From contig JAVZHQ010000002.1 in NCBI GenBank assembly GCA_038998335.1, forward strand, positions 1 to 64,000: a stretch of 64,000 bases of DNA, given 5' to 3'. How positions within the stretch are numbered: the stretch's first letter is position 1; every line of letters starts with the position of its first letter. The notes under the pieces are model-generated. The model was not told the DNA's origin. It did no database searches and saw nothing but the letters and a program-made list of their open reading frames with translations. Positions 1-10,159 of this stretch are shown piece after piece. This DNA is from Candidatus Aenigmatarchaeota archaeon (GTDB taxonomy: Archaea > Aenigmatarchaeota > Aenigmatarchaeia > CG10238-14 > SCSR01). The translations under genes and the position numbers were made by a program.

Positions 1-127
1 AAAATCCGAAGTTGTTGTAAGTAGAATTGTCAAATACTCCTGAAGAGTTGTACCAGTCGAAGCTCCAGTAACCTACTAATGAATAGTTCCAGTCTATGAA
101 GGCAGAAGTGTTTGAAGCATCGGTTAT
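1..127. repeat. Exact intragenic direct repeat, copy of 3778-3904 (start of LamG module)
   Basis: 1-127 is identical to 3778-3904; offset 3777 nt is in frame; probably continues beyond the window edge. Confidence 0.95.
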
Positions 128-3100
128 AGTTGTATTTAAATAAACCCAGTTGTTTGAAGTTATTGAATTGTTAGGAGGAGTTGGTAATTCCCAAATTATC
201 GTTGGTGAAGTTATGTCTCCTTTATTGCTCAACGGGAGATAGTCTGTGTTGTTTCCAGTCTGTCCGGGGTCTATTATATAAGGAGAATCACAGAATCCGT
301 CTTTATTATCATCATCACAGGTGTCTGAATAGCCGTTATTAGTAAAATTTGTCCAGTAGTTGCCTCCTATTTCATTTCCAGCAGAGTAGATTCTTTGTCC
401 TGATTGCTTAGTAGTATTCCAGTAGTTGGAATAAATTGTTCCTTCAAAGTAGAAGTTGTTGGTGTTATTGAATAGGTTGTTGTAGATTTTGTTAGGAATA
501 CTTCCAGAGTATCCCACACGAATGCCCCGGCTATTATCTTGAATTATTGAACTAGTTATAGTATTGCCGTTAGAAAAATAAAACCTTATTCCATCGTTGT
601 TGGAAACTAAAGTTACATTTGTTATGTTATTGTTATCAGAAGAACGAATCATGATGCCAGTTCCAAAATTTTTTATATAAATATTTGTTATATTCGAATA
701 ATCGGTTCTCATTAGAACAATCCCGTTATTTTTTGTGCCACTCCTAACCATAGTTATATTCCTAATTATCGAATAGTCTGCGTTGCAGAGAAATATTTCA
801 GAAACATTGTTATACCAGTTCTCTATCACTACTGTAGAATTGTAGTAAACTATAGGTTTATCATCAGTCCCGTTCAAATTTGTTACTATATGATTGCATC
901 TTGAATCAATATTTTCCGCTAAAACATAAAAGTCATACAACCAACCTCCATGCGTATCGAATGCTTTTGAGTCAGTTAAAATATTGTTTACAGAATTCCA
1001 AAAATGTATACCAAAGCTGGAACAAGAGGAAACTGAGACATTAGTTATCTTAGTATTACTGGCGTATATGATCTCTATTCCAACAGAAAAATCGGTAATA
1101 ATGCAGTTCTTGATTTCATTATTAATTGCTGCGCTATCATTCAGAAGCACTCCATAATCAAGATGATTTCCGTCTATAGCGAAACCTTGACAGTCTAGAG
1201 TTGAGTTTTGAATAACCCAAGAAGAGGAATTTCCAAACTGTATCGCTGTTCCTGCCAAATCGCTAGAAGAAGTGTTCAAGCAGTAATAAGTGTTGTTCTG
1301 GGTGATGTTATAAGGTAAAGAGTTTATATAAACTTCACAAGGAGTTTCTTGAACTTTTATTTCTCTTTCTCCTGATAGGTAAATAGTAAAGCTCAATGAG
1401 CCAGAGGAGTCTGTTTTTAAAGTGTAAGTTAATACTGAGTTGTTGTAGATTAAATAGTATTTGTTTGGGTTTAGTCCAGAAATGTTGTAGAAAGCTGTTA
1501 TTGCTGATGAAGAAGAATCGTTCCATATCATTAAGGATTTTTCCCAGGAAATAAGCTTTCTTGTTAGAGTTGAAGAAGAAGAAACAGAAGTTTTTAGCCA
1601 GAGTTCTATATCTGTTCTATTATTATAATTGAACCAATTTGATGACGGTGCTTCAAAGTAAATTTTTCTTGGAGCAGTGAAGTTTGTGTTAGTAAAGTTG
1701 TTGGTGGAACCTGACAAAGCTAGGTAATAATCGTACTCGGTGTTTGACGCTATTGAAGTGTCTGTTATGCCAATAGAGCTAGATGTTATTAATTCGACAC
1801 CGTAATAATTAGAATTAAAGGTTGAGTTGATGATTTGATTGTTAGAACTATCTTCAAGATAAACGCCATGAAAATTAAAAGAAGAGTTTATTCTACTGAA
1901 GTTCGAATAATCTGTAAGAATAACTAACATACCGTTATTTTGCTTTGATGGAGAAGCATCAATTGTTATGTTTGTTATATTCGAGTAATCTGCGTTACAA
2001 AGAATTAATTCTGAAAGAACTTCATTGCTAAACGTTACTGAAGAGTTAAAGTATTTTATTGGTTTGTTACCTGAACCTAATACATTTTCTAGTTCGTTAT
2101 TACACTCGTTAAGAAAGTATGCATAAAGGTTAAAATCGTATAATTCGTTTTCAGACATAGTAGAATTGATGATTTGATTGTTAGAGGCAGAATCGAGCCA
2201 AAACCCTGTGTCCAAGTTATTGTTGAAAGTGGAATTTATAATTCTGTTAGAAGAGCTAGAAATAAGGAACATTCCGTAATAATTAAAGTTAAAAGTTGAG
2301 TTGATGATTTGATTGTTAGAACCAGCTTCAAGATAAATACCCTCGCCACCATTAAAATTGACGATTGAGTTGATGATGTAATTGTTAGAACTGTAATCAT
2401 GATAGATACCTTCAGAATTGTTGTTGAAAACAGAATTGATAATGTAGTTGTTGGAGCTTTTGTAGAGATAAAAACCAGCAAATACATTGAACGAAAAATT
2501 AGAATTTATTATTGAGTTATTATTTGCGTATTCTAAGTGGATACCATCATCCCAACCGGTAACTATGCAATTTTTTATTGTTATGTTTGTGTTTTGGGAA
2601 GAGCTTCTTGAAATGTAGATTCCGTAAGTATCAGAAGTGCTTGTTCCGTCTATCGTATAGCCTTGACAGTCTAAGGTAATGTTGTTAGCTGAGATGTTAA
2701 TGCAAGCTATAGAAGAAGAGTCTAGGATGCTTTGGTTTAGACAATAATAGGTATTAGGTTGGTTTAGGTCTGAGCAGGAAGAAATGTATTGCTGGCAAGG
2801 AGAAGACGAAGTTGTAGTATAGCTGAATACTTCGGTTTCGTTCCAGTTGTTGGAAGTATCGTTAGCGTATACTTTCCATTTTATTAAGCAACCTACAGTT
2901 TCGTTTATAACTACAGTAAAGTTACTCCAAGCTTGAGTTCCACTTAAAGACATTTCACTTATGTTTTGAAATTCTCCTGTACAGTTGTCAAAGGAAAAAA
3001 TAGCATGGCTTAGTCCATAATTGTCTTGCCAGAATAGGTTGTGGCTAACAGCAGTTCCTGCTATAGTTGAATTAGTTGAGTTTAAGGAATAGAAAGGAGG

Positions 3101-6100
3101 AGTTGTGTCTACGGTTACAGTTCTTGTTTCTGTTTTGTTTGCGTTTCCCGCTGCATCTATAGCATAAGCGTAGTATTGATAAGTTCCATCAGATAAATTA
3201 GTGAAGTTTCTGTACAAGCGATATAAGCCTGAATTGTAAGAAGCGTTAACTTCTTCCGGAGCTAAAGCACGACTCCAGATTCTTACTTCATCTATGATAC
3301 CGTTGAAAGTTCTATCTAGACCATCCCTGTTTCCTATATAAAGAGGCTCTGTATTAACTGGAACCGAAGTTGTTCTGGTTGCGGTTCCTACTAAACTACC
3401 GTTAACATAAAACTTTATTTGTGCAGATGCAAGATATCTGTTAAAAGTTACAACAACATGTTGCCATCTATTCAGTTCTATGGTATAGTTTGGTGGGGAG
3501 TATGCAGAATTTCCTATACCTACTCTAAGTGTTTGTACATTTGTCGAAGTGTTAGAAACATAAAAAGCATAAGCGGAGGAATAATTCTTATCGATTATCC
3601 TTCCGTAATTGTTTTCTCCCCAGCCTGTTGGATAAATCCATGCCTCAAAAGTGAACTCATCTGTCAAATCCAGATTGCTGCTATGTGATATGTTCACCCT
3701 GTCATCAACACCGTCAAATCGTAAGCCTTTTCCGTATTGTCCAGTAGTTATGTTATCTATTCCTAAGCCGCCTTGGAAAAATCCGAAGTTGTTGTAAGTA
3801 GAATTGTCAAATACTCCTGAAGAGTTGTACCAGTCGAAGCTCCAGTAACCTACTAATGAATAGTTCCAGTCTATGAAGGCAGAAGTGTTTGAAGCATCGG
3901 TTATGGTAGTATTTACGTAAACAAAGTTGTTTTGTACGATGCTGTTATTGGCAGGGGTTGGAGGGACAAATTGAATGAGAGGAGGTTCTAGGTCTGCTGT
4001 AGTGTTTACTGTTATTTCTCTTATGTCTGTTGTTATCGTTAAGTTGAAAGTAAGGTTTCCTGTAGAGGTAGCGTTTTGAGTATAAACTAATTCAGAGCCG
4101 TTGTAGATTTTGTATTCTTGGTTTGGGTATAAACCGTTGATTTCATAGTAAGCTGTTATTGTTGTCGAGGCATTTTCATTCCATTTGATTTCTTGTTGAG
4201 TCCATTTAATTAAACTTCTGTTTATAGCTGCTGCTGAAGAGATTCTTGTTTTTAGCCATAGCTCAATATCAGTTCTGTTGTTGTAGTTGAACCAGCTTGT
4301 ATTATCATAAAAATAGATTCTTCTTGGAGCAGTGAAGTTTGTGTTAGTAAAGTTGTTGGTTGAGGAAGCACCCCTCAAATAAAAATCATAAGAACTTCCT
4401 CTACCTAAAGCAAGGTAAGAACCTCCTGTTATGTTGTTCCGAGAGGAGGAGTAAAGATAGATGCCATGAGAAGAGGTAGAGTGAGACGTAGTTACTACAT
4501 TTGAAGTTATAGTGTTGTAATTGGAGCTGGAGTAAAGATAGATGCCATGGCTGTACGAATTGGTTGTTGAGATAGTGTTTGAAGCTAGGATGTTTCTAGA
4601 GCTGGAGTAAAGATAGATGCCATAACCATATGAATTGGTTGTTGAGATAGTATTGTTAGTGACATTGTTCAAAATTGAATTAGAATACAAAAATATACCT
4701 CGACCTCTGCTTGTAGCTACTGAACTGTTTTCTATCTTGCTGTAGCTAACATTGAAGAAATTAAATCCGTCGTTAGACATAGTAATGTTATTTATAGTAA
4801 CATTTTTAGACCAGGCAAATATTATTTGGCCATAAGTGTTTGAATAGTCTTGGTTTTCCATTTTAGCATTATTGCAATTGAAGCAGTAATATATGGGTAA
4901 ACCTTCTGCTAGATTAGTTTGGTCTATGCTATGGTTGAAATGGTTCACTATTGTTCCTTCGACGATAAGACTATTCGCTTTACTTGTGTTTAATTTATTG
5001 AATGTTAAAGTAGCGTTGGTGCTTGAATCTAGATAAACGCCATAACTAGGAGCACCAGAAGTTGTTATTATATTTGAAGTTATGATGTTATTGGAAGAAG
5101 AGTTAATATACATTCCGCCGCAATTGCTACCACTAGTCGATATTGTATTTAAACTAATGTTATTATCAAAACCAAAATTTAGAGAAATTCCATCACTAGA
5201 ACTGCCAGAAGTTATTATACTATTGTTAAAAATCAAGCTATTGTTCATTCTTGAACCATAAATAGCATGAGAACTAGAAAGAGTAGAGCTTCCTTGAACG
5301 ATATTACAGCTCTTTATTACTATGTTGTTGTAACCTGTAATGTTAATCGCATATCCTGTGGAAGATTGGGAGTAGTTAATCCAATAGCCTTGGCAGTCTA
5401 AGGTAATACTATTAGCTGTAATATTTATACATGTGCCTGGGGAGCTTATGTTATTGCTTAGACAGTAGTATTTGTTAGTTTGGTCTAAATTTGAACAAGA
5501 AGATATGTAAAAATCGCAGATAGGTGGGTCGGTAGAATTGCTTATCCAAAATTCATAAATGGAATTTGTACTTTGGGTATAAGTTTTATTCATAAGAACA
5601 ATAACATACTCATATCCCCAGTAAGTGTTGTTACCCTCTTGAACAATAAAATCCGTACCATTAGTCAGCTTTTGCCACGTATTACCTGCTGTATAGTTTT
5701 TAAACCAAACATGAGACGCTACTTCTACGGCATTTTTTAAGTTTTTTATGTAGAAAACAGGTTGGATTCTACCATAGCTTTCCAGAGTAAAGTTGAAGTT
5801 TACTATGTTAGAAGATGGTGTAAAGTTATATGTACCTTCTATTTTATTAAACCCTAAATAAGTTCCTGTTTCCATTGTTATCGAAGCTGGAAAGTGAAAA
5901 TCAACAAAAGTTTTATTCAACTCGTTATTAACGGTATGATTAAGCTCCAAACCTCCACCACCAGAATTTCCAAACCAAGTCATCCACCCCCAACTAACAT
6001 TATTCTGATATAAATAGGAACTTCCAACTATGTTTATGGCTGTATGATTATAACCGCCTATATTCTCAAAAGAGAAGCGTGGAGGGGTTGTTACATAAAA

Positions 6101-8551
6101 TCCAGAAACAGTACCAGCTGTAGCTGCTGTTTTCGTATGCGATGTATTCCAAAGAAAAGCGTAAGAAGAGTTGAAAGAAACCGTTAACGTATATCCTCCT
6201 GCAGGATAAAGACTTCCGCTATTGTTTAAAATTCCTTGTAAATTTTCTACAGCACCGTAGAATGTAAAGTTATTTGGTAAGGTAGACGAAATACTCCTAA
6301 AATAAAGAGGTCTGAATCCATAACTCCCTGTGCTTATAGCCGTAAAATTACCCTCGACGTAATATTTAACAAAGTACCTACTAGGATAAAGATAATAGTC
6401 TATGGTAAAGTTAAAGCATAGAACCTCTGGTGTTGATACACAAATAGTGGACTTATTTTCAAATCTCAACTCAACCCTTGCTGGACCGTTCTCAACGACC
6501 CAAGAAGTTGAAGGATGATCTGCCAAATCAACAGTTGTTGATTGGTCTGTAGAGTTACGAATGTTAATAAATCTGTTAGAAGCGATGACTTGAGGGAAAG
6601 CTAAATTGTCTATGTAAATGGTCCTTTCTATCCCATAACTGGAGCTCGTAGTTCTTCCTATCTCGACTATATAATTGTCGGCCGTAACATTATAAACACT
6701 ACCAACACTTACAGAAACTGTGCTTGAGTTAAGCCCCCACTTCAAGCTTAAATTTCTTGGTAGTTTTAAAGCATATTTCTTGAAATCTAATGAGAAATAA
6801 AACTTATCTTCCCCTGCATTTTTTTTAATTCTCAAATCCTTCATAATACAAATGTTAGAACTGCATAAAAAACCAAAATCTTTTTCAAACTTTTTTATAT
6901 ACTCCTTATCTAAACCTTCTACTTGAAAGTTACCCGTCAGTATTTCTTTTTCTGAGCTAGAATTGAACGTAAGGTAACCAGCTATTCTATCCTTACTACA
7001 CTCTATTATTTCTATGTAAAAATCTTCATCAGCTTCTACAAGTTCACAGATAGGAATTTCAACTTCCTCGACAGATAATAAAGACTTAGTATAACTTTTT
7101 TCTGTTGCGCTTATATTTTCTATAATTTCAAAAGTTCCATAAAAACTATTTGAATTGTAGACAAGCGTTATTATATAAATACCAGGAATGTCAAAACCAT
7201 TTTTTATTTCTAAGTCAAATTCTCCTTTTTCATCTGTAACACCGAATAAACGAAAAACTTCCTCATCATAAGGATTGACCACGAATAACTCGAAACTTTT
7301 GTTCCTGCTTCCTCTTATCTTCACTTTTACGCTTTCATTAACCAAATAAACTTTCTTATCAGTTATAATCTCAAATTTTACATCTTCATTCACACTCTCC
7401 GCACTAGCATTCATTTCTTCTATACTTATGTTTTCAATTCTTTCTAACACTTCAAAAATTGTTAATTCTTCTTTTTCTCCGTACTTTAAAATTGCAGAAT
7501 AATTTCCTTTTTCAAAAAGCTTGAAATAAATTTCGCTTAAGCCAGAAGAATTGGTTTGACCTAAAAAGCTAAAAACTGGTAATCCTTCTTTAAAAACGCT
7601 TAAATCAAATTTTTGGTCAGGAGTGCCGCTGACTATTAAAGTAATGTTTTCATCCAAATAGTAAAATTCTTTTGAAATTAGCTCAAGCTTTATTTCTTCC
7701 TTTTCTTCAAGAACTTCAAAGCTCGCTTCAGAACTTAAAATTCTTGCAGAATAATTTCCAGAAGGAAAAGTTTTGTTAAAAATGTAAAATCCTTTTTCGT
7801 CAGTGGTTAGGGTAAAATTCTCAGTAATTTCTTGACCAAAAATTTCTAGAGTAAACTCCTTATTTGCTTCTCCTTTAACAAAAATGCTAACTGTTTCGTT
7901 AGCTTTAAAAACGCTTTTCTCCAAGGTTATATTAAAAGGAATTTCCAAAACTTCAAAGTTTAAAGATGCTTCTAATTCTCCGGAAGATGCTACAATAGTG
8001 TAATTTCCTTGATTAAGGTTAAAAGAAAGAGAAAAAGTTCCGTTCAAGTCAGTAGAAACTATTTGATTTGTTAAGCTATCAGAAGAAATTAGAGTTAAGG
8101 ATAAGCTTTGATTTTCTATGGAAGTTTTATCAGTTAAACCAAAGAAACCAGAAATTTTTATTAGCTCGTTAGTGAAGAATTTTTGTTTTTCTAATTCTAT
8201 TTCTAGCCTATAACCATTAAGCTCAGTGAAGTTAAAAATCTTGTCGACACTTCCCTTTATTGGAATGGTATAATGGAAAAGGAAGATAAGGATAATCATT
8301 AAAGCAAGAATAGCTAAGGAAAGCTTTGCTATTGACTTTTTCCCTAGGAAAAAACCTTTTTTCTGTTTTTTTAAGGAGCATAGAGCTACTTTTCCTATTC
8401 TTCTTTGGTCTATTATTCCTGCTTTTGCTAAGGCAAAAATGTATTTTGAAGTAGTGTTGCGATGAATATTAAGCTCTTTTGAAATGTTTGTTATTGTTAA
8501 GCCTTCAGGATGTTTCGAAAGAATATCAACAATCCTTTCCTCAACGCTCAT
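2..8551 (-). CDS. Giant membrane-anchored surface protein (>=2850 aa, 3' end outside window): N-terminal winged-HTH, TM helix, Ig/MG2-like repeats, three NosD/pectin-lyase beta-helix blocks, LamG domains
   Basis: Manual translation from ATG 8551: MSVEERIVDILSKHPEGLTITNISKELNIHRNTTSKYIFALAKAGIIDQRRIGKV..., then LSLAILALMIILIFLFHYTI. The same frame reads ...LVGYWSFDWYNSSGVFDNSTYNNFGF at the window edge. The ORF track has no closed ORF in this frame, consistent with no internal stop; I did not check every codon. Confidence 0.88.
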   Translation of the reverse strand, partial: MSVEERIVDILSKHPEGLTITNISKELNIHRNTTSKYIFALAKAGIIDQRRIGKVALCSLKKQKKGFFLGKKSIAKLSLAILALMIILIFLFHYTIPIKGSVDKIFNFTELNGYRLEIELEKQKFFTNELIKISGFFGLTDKTSIENQSLSLTLISSDSLTNQIVSTDLNGTFSLSFNLNQGNYTIVASSGELEASLNFEVLEIPFNITLEKSVFKANETVSIFVKGEANKEFTLEIFGQEITENFTLTTDEKGFYIFNKTFPSGNYSARILSSEASFEVLEEKEEIKLELISKEFYYLDENITLIVSGTPDQKFDLSVFKEGLPVFSFLGQTNSSGLSEIYFKLFEKGNYSAILKYGEKEELTIFEVLERIENISIEEMNASAESVNEDVKFEIITDKKVYLVNESVKVKIRGSRNKSFELFVVNPYDEEVFRLFGVTDEKGEFDLEIKNGFDIPGIYIITLVYNSNSFYGTFEIIENISATEKSYTKSLLSVEEVEIPICELVEADEDFYIEIIECSKDRIAGYLTFNSSSEKEILTGNFQVEGLDKEYIKKFEKDFGFLCSSNICIMKDLRIKKNAGEDKFYFSLDFKKYALKLPRNLSLKWGLNSSTVSVSVGSVYNVTADNYIVEIGRTTSSSYGIERTIYIDNLAFPQVIASNRFINIRNSTDQSTTVDLADHPSTSWVVENGPARVELRFENKSTICVSTPEVLCFNFTIDYYLYPSRYFVKYYVEGNFTAISTGSYGFRPLYFRSISSTLPNNFTFYGAVENLQGILNNSGSLYPAGGYTLTVSFNSSYAFLWNTSHTKTAATAGTVSGFYVTTPPRFSFENIGGYNHTAINIVGSSYLYQNNVSWGWMTWFGNSGGGGLELNHTVNNELNKTFVDFHFPASITMETGTYLGFNKIEGTYNFTPSSNIVNFNFTLESYGRIQPVFYIKNLKNAVEVASHVWFKNYTAGNTWQKLTNGTDFIVQEGNNTYWGYEYVIVLMNKTYTQSTNSIYEFWISNSTDPPICDFYISSCSNLDQTNKYYCLSNNISSPGTCINITANSITLDCQGYWINYSQSSTGYAINITGYNNIVIKSCNIVQGSSTLSSSHAIYGSRMNNSLIFNNSIITSGSSSDGISLNFGFDNNISLNTISTSGSNCGGMYINSSSNNIITSNIITTSGAPSYGVYLDSSTNATLTFNKLNTSKANSLIVEGTIVNHFNHSIDQTNLAEGLPIYYCFNCNNAKMENQDYSNTYGQIIFAWSKNVTINNITMSNDGFNFFNVSYSKIENSSVATSRGRGIFLYSNSILNNVTNNTISTTNSYGYGIYLYSSSRNILASNTISTTNSYSHGIYLYSSSNYNTITSNVVTTSHSTSSHGIYLYSSSRNNITGGSYLALGRGSSYDFYLRGASSTNNFTNTNFTAPRRIYFYDNTSWFNYNNRTDIELWLKTRISSAAAINRSLIKWTQQEIKWNENASTTITAYYEINGLYPNQEYKIYNGSELVYTQNATSTGNLTFNLTITTDIREITVNTTADLEPPLIQFVPPTPANNSIVQNNFVYVNTTITDASNTSAFIDWNYSLVGYWSFDWYNSSGVFDNSTYNNFGFFQGGLGIDNITTGQYGKGLRFDGVDDRVNISHSSNLDLTDEFTFEAWIYPTGWGENNYGRIIDKNYSSAYAFYVSNTSTNVQTLRVGIGNSAYSPPNYTIELNRWQHVVVTFNRYLASAQIKFYVNGSLVGTATRTTSVPVNTEPLYIGNRDGLDRTFNGIIDEVRIWSRALAPEEVNASYNSGLYRLYRNFTNLSDGTYQYYAYAIDAAGNANKTETRTVTVDTTPPFYSLNSTNSTIAGTAVSHNLFWQDNYGLSHAIFSFDNCTGEFQNISEMSLSGTQAWSNFTVVINETVGCLIKWKVYANDTSNNWNETEVFSYTTTSSSPCQQYISSCSDLNQPNTYYCLNQSILDSSSIACINISANNITLDCQGYTIDGTSTSDTYGIYISRSSSQNTNITIKNCIVTGWDDGIHLEYANNNSIINSNFSFNVFAGFYLYKSSNNYIINSVFNNNSEGIYHDYSSNNYIINSIVNFNGGEGIYLEAGSNNQIINSTFNFNYYGMFLISSSSNRIINSTFNNNLDTGFWLDSASNNQIINSTMSENELYDFNLYAYFLNECNNELENVLGSGNKPIKYFNSSVTFSNEVLSELILCNADYSNITNITIDASPSKQNNGMLVILTDYSNFSRINSSFNFHGVYLEDSSNNQIINSTFNSNYYGVELITSSSIGITDTSIASNTEYDYYLALSGSTNNFTNTNFTAPRKIYFEAPSSNWFNYNNRTDIELWLKTSVSSSSTLTRKLISWEKSLMIWNDSSSSAITAFYNISGLNPNKYYLIYNNSVLTYTLKTDSSGSLSFTIYLSGEREIKVQETPCEVYINSLPYNITQNNTYYCLNTSSSDLAGTAIQFGNSSSWVIQNSTLDCQGFAIDGNHLDYGVLLNDSAAINNEIKNCIITDFSVGIEIIYASNTKITNVSVSSCSSFGIHFWNSVNNILTDSKAFDTHGGWLYDFYVLAENIDSRCNHIVTNLNGTDDKPIVYYNSTVVIENWYNNVSEIFLCNADYSIIRNITMVRSGTKNNGIVLMRTDYSNITNIYIKNFGTGIMIRSSDNNNITNVTLVSNNDGIRFYFSNGNTITSSIIQDNSRGIRVGYSGSIPNKIYNNLFNNTNNFYFEGTIYSNYWNTTKQSGQRIYSAGNEIGGNYWTNFTNNGYSDTCDDDNKDGFCDSPYIIDPGQTGNNTDYLPLSNKGDITSPTIIWELPTPPNNSITSNNWVYLNTTITDASNTSAFIDWNYSLVGYWSFDWYNSSGVFDNSTYNNFGF
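3778..3904. repeat. Exact intragenic direct repeat, copy of 1-127
   Basis: Direct sequence identity. Confidence 0.95.
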
Positions 8552-8567
8552 AGCAATCAAAACTTAC

Positions 8568-8586
8568 GTTGTGCATAATGCACAAC
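8568..8586. promoter_or_regulatory. Perfect 9-1-9 inverted repeat GTTGTGCAT-A-ATGCACAAC, candidate operator
   Basis: Lies between a minus-strand TTTTTAAA TATA-like box (8594-8587) and the ATG at 8551 of the HTH-bearing giant gene. Confidence 0.65.
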
Positions 8587-8821
8587 TTTAAAAAATTAAG
8601 AGTGTCGATGTAGTTAAGGCTTAAAGAAATAAAAGAAGTTTAAAAAGAACCCTTTAAAAATCGCTTCTTAGAGCGAAAATTCCTTTAAAATTTGAGCTTT
8701 TTTGTAAAAGACAAAAAAGTTATTAGGTTAAAGAGAAAAAAAGCCTAAATGTCGATTTCCGACTTTAAAATCAAAAAAGAATTTTAAAACAAACTTAAGA
8801 TTAAGTGTCGGTCGACAGTTT

Positions 8822-10099
8822 CTAAATTTGAAGAAGCCATTTCCATAAAGGTTTGAAAACAATTTTTTTGTTGTTGATTTTTATTTCGTCCTCGTAATCC
8901 CATGTTATTATTAAAAGATTTTTACATTTGAGTAAGGAAGAAGCTTTTAATAAAGATTTAATTTCTCTTTTTTCTATTTCATCTTTTGAAGAAGAATAAG
9001 TTACTTGGATTAATTGTTTTATTTTCAAACCTTCTTTTAGAACGAAATCTACTTCATTCTGCTGATAGTCTTTAAAATAGAAAATTTCAAGTAAAGGAAT
9101 ATCGTTCGTTTTTCTTAATAATTCTAAAAACACAACATTTTCCATTCTCTTTCCCATATCTCTTTCTATACTTAATGCAGATGCCAAACCCAAATCGCAA
9201 ATATAAACCTTTCTTCCCAAAGACTTTCTTTCATAAACACTTTTGCTAAACTTCTCCACAAAAAACACACTCAAGCTCTCGGGCAATTTTTTTGCATAAT
9301 CGTAAACAACATTCTTCAAATTTTTCCCTATTCTTGAAGAAACAAAATTTGATATTTTATTTAGACTTATCTCTTTTGAAAAATTTTGTAGAATGAATTC
9401 AAAAATCAATTTTGCAACATAAGTGTTTACTATTTCAAACCTTTCTACAAAATCCTTCTGGAAAATTGTGTCAAAATATTCTCTCAAAATTTTCTCTCTT
9501 TTTTCAGGATAAATCAATATCTCAGGGTAACTTCCCCACTCTAAAAACTCTTCTAGGAGCTTAATTGTTTTCACTTTTTCAGAGATTGAAAGGAATTTTT
9601 TCCTTTCCACGTTTTTAAAATCAAGGTACTCCCTAAAGCTGAGAGGTAAAAAAAGATAGGTTATGCTCCTTCCTCTTAGTTGAGTTGCAATCTCTTTGCT
9701 TAAAAGTTTTGAAGAAGAGCCTGAAATCATCAAGTAATAACCGCTATCTAATAAACTTCTAACCAAGCTTTCCCAATTGTTTAACCTTTGTATTTCATCG
9801 ATCAACACTTTTTCAACCTTAGTATTGAAGTATTCCTCAAAAACAGATATTATTTCAAAAAAGTCTTTGTGTGTAATTTCTCTAAAAGCCGAGTGCTCTA
9901 AGTCGATATAAATTATGTTCTTATTCTTCCTTAGAACATTAAGCAAAAAATAAGTTTTGCCTGACCTTCTTGGACCGATTATCGATATTACCTTATTTTT
10001 AAGAAAATCAAATTTTAATTCTCTGTCCAAAATCTTTTCGGTTTTGATTCTTTCTACCAACCTAGTAAAAAATTGGAGTACGAATTCTTTTTCAAACAT
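8822..10099 (-). CDS. AAA+ ATPase, COG1373 / AAA_14 + DUF4143 type
   Basis: Walker A GPRRSGKT, Walker B LIDEIQ, SGSSS, LRGR; C-terminal EVDFV...IQVT motif. Confidence 0.9.
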   Translation of the reverse strand: MFEKEFVLQFFTRLVERIKTEKILDRELKFDFLKNKVISIIGPRRSGKTYFLLNVLRKNKNIIYIDLEHSAFREITHKDFFEIISVFEEYFNTKVEKVLIDEIQRLNNWESLVRSLLDSGYYLMISGSSSKLLSKEIATQLRGRSITYLFLPLSFREYLDFKNVERKKFLSISEKVKTIKLLEEFLEWGSYPEILIYPEKREKILREYFDTIFQKDFVERFEIVNTYVAKLIFEFILQNFSKEISLNKISNFVSSRIGKNLKNVVYDYAKKLPESLSVFFVEKFSKSVYERKSLGRKVYICDLGLASALSIERDMGKRMENVVFLELLRKTNDIPLLEIFYFKDYQQNEVDFVLKEGLKIKQLIQVTYSSSKDEIEKREIKSLLKASSLLKCKNLLIITWDYEDEIKINNKKIVFKPLWKWLLQI

Positions 10100-10159
10100 A
10101 TCATATATTTAGGAAAGATTATTTAAAAAGTTTCCTATTATAGTGAAACTTTTTAAATA

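Noticed and set aside
1335-3688. Short ORF-track entries at 1335, 2236 and 3419
   Set aside because: Alternative-frame or antisense shadows within the giant minus-strand gene.
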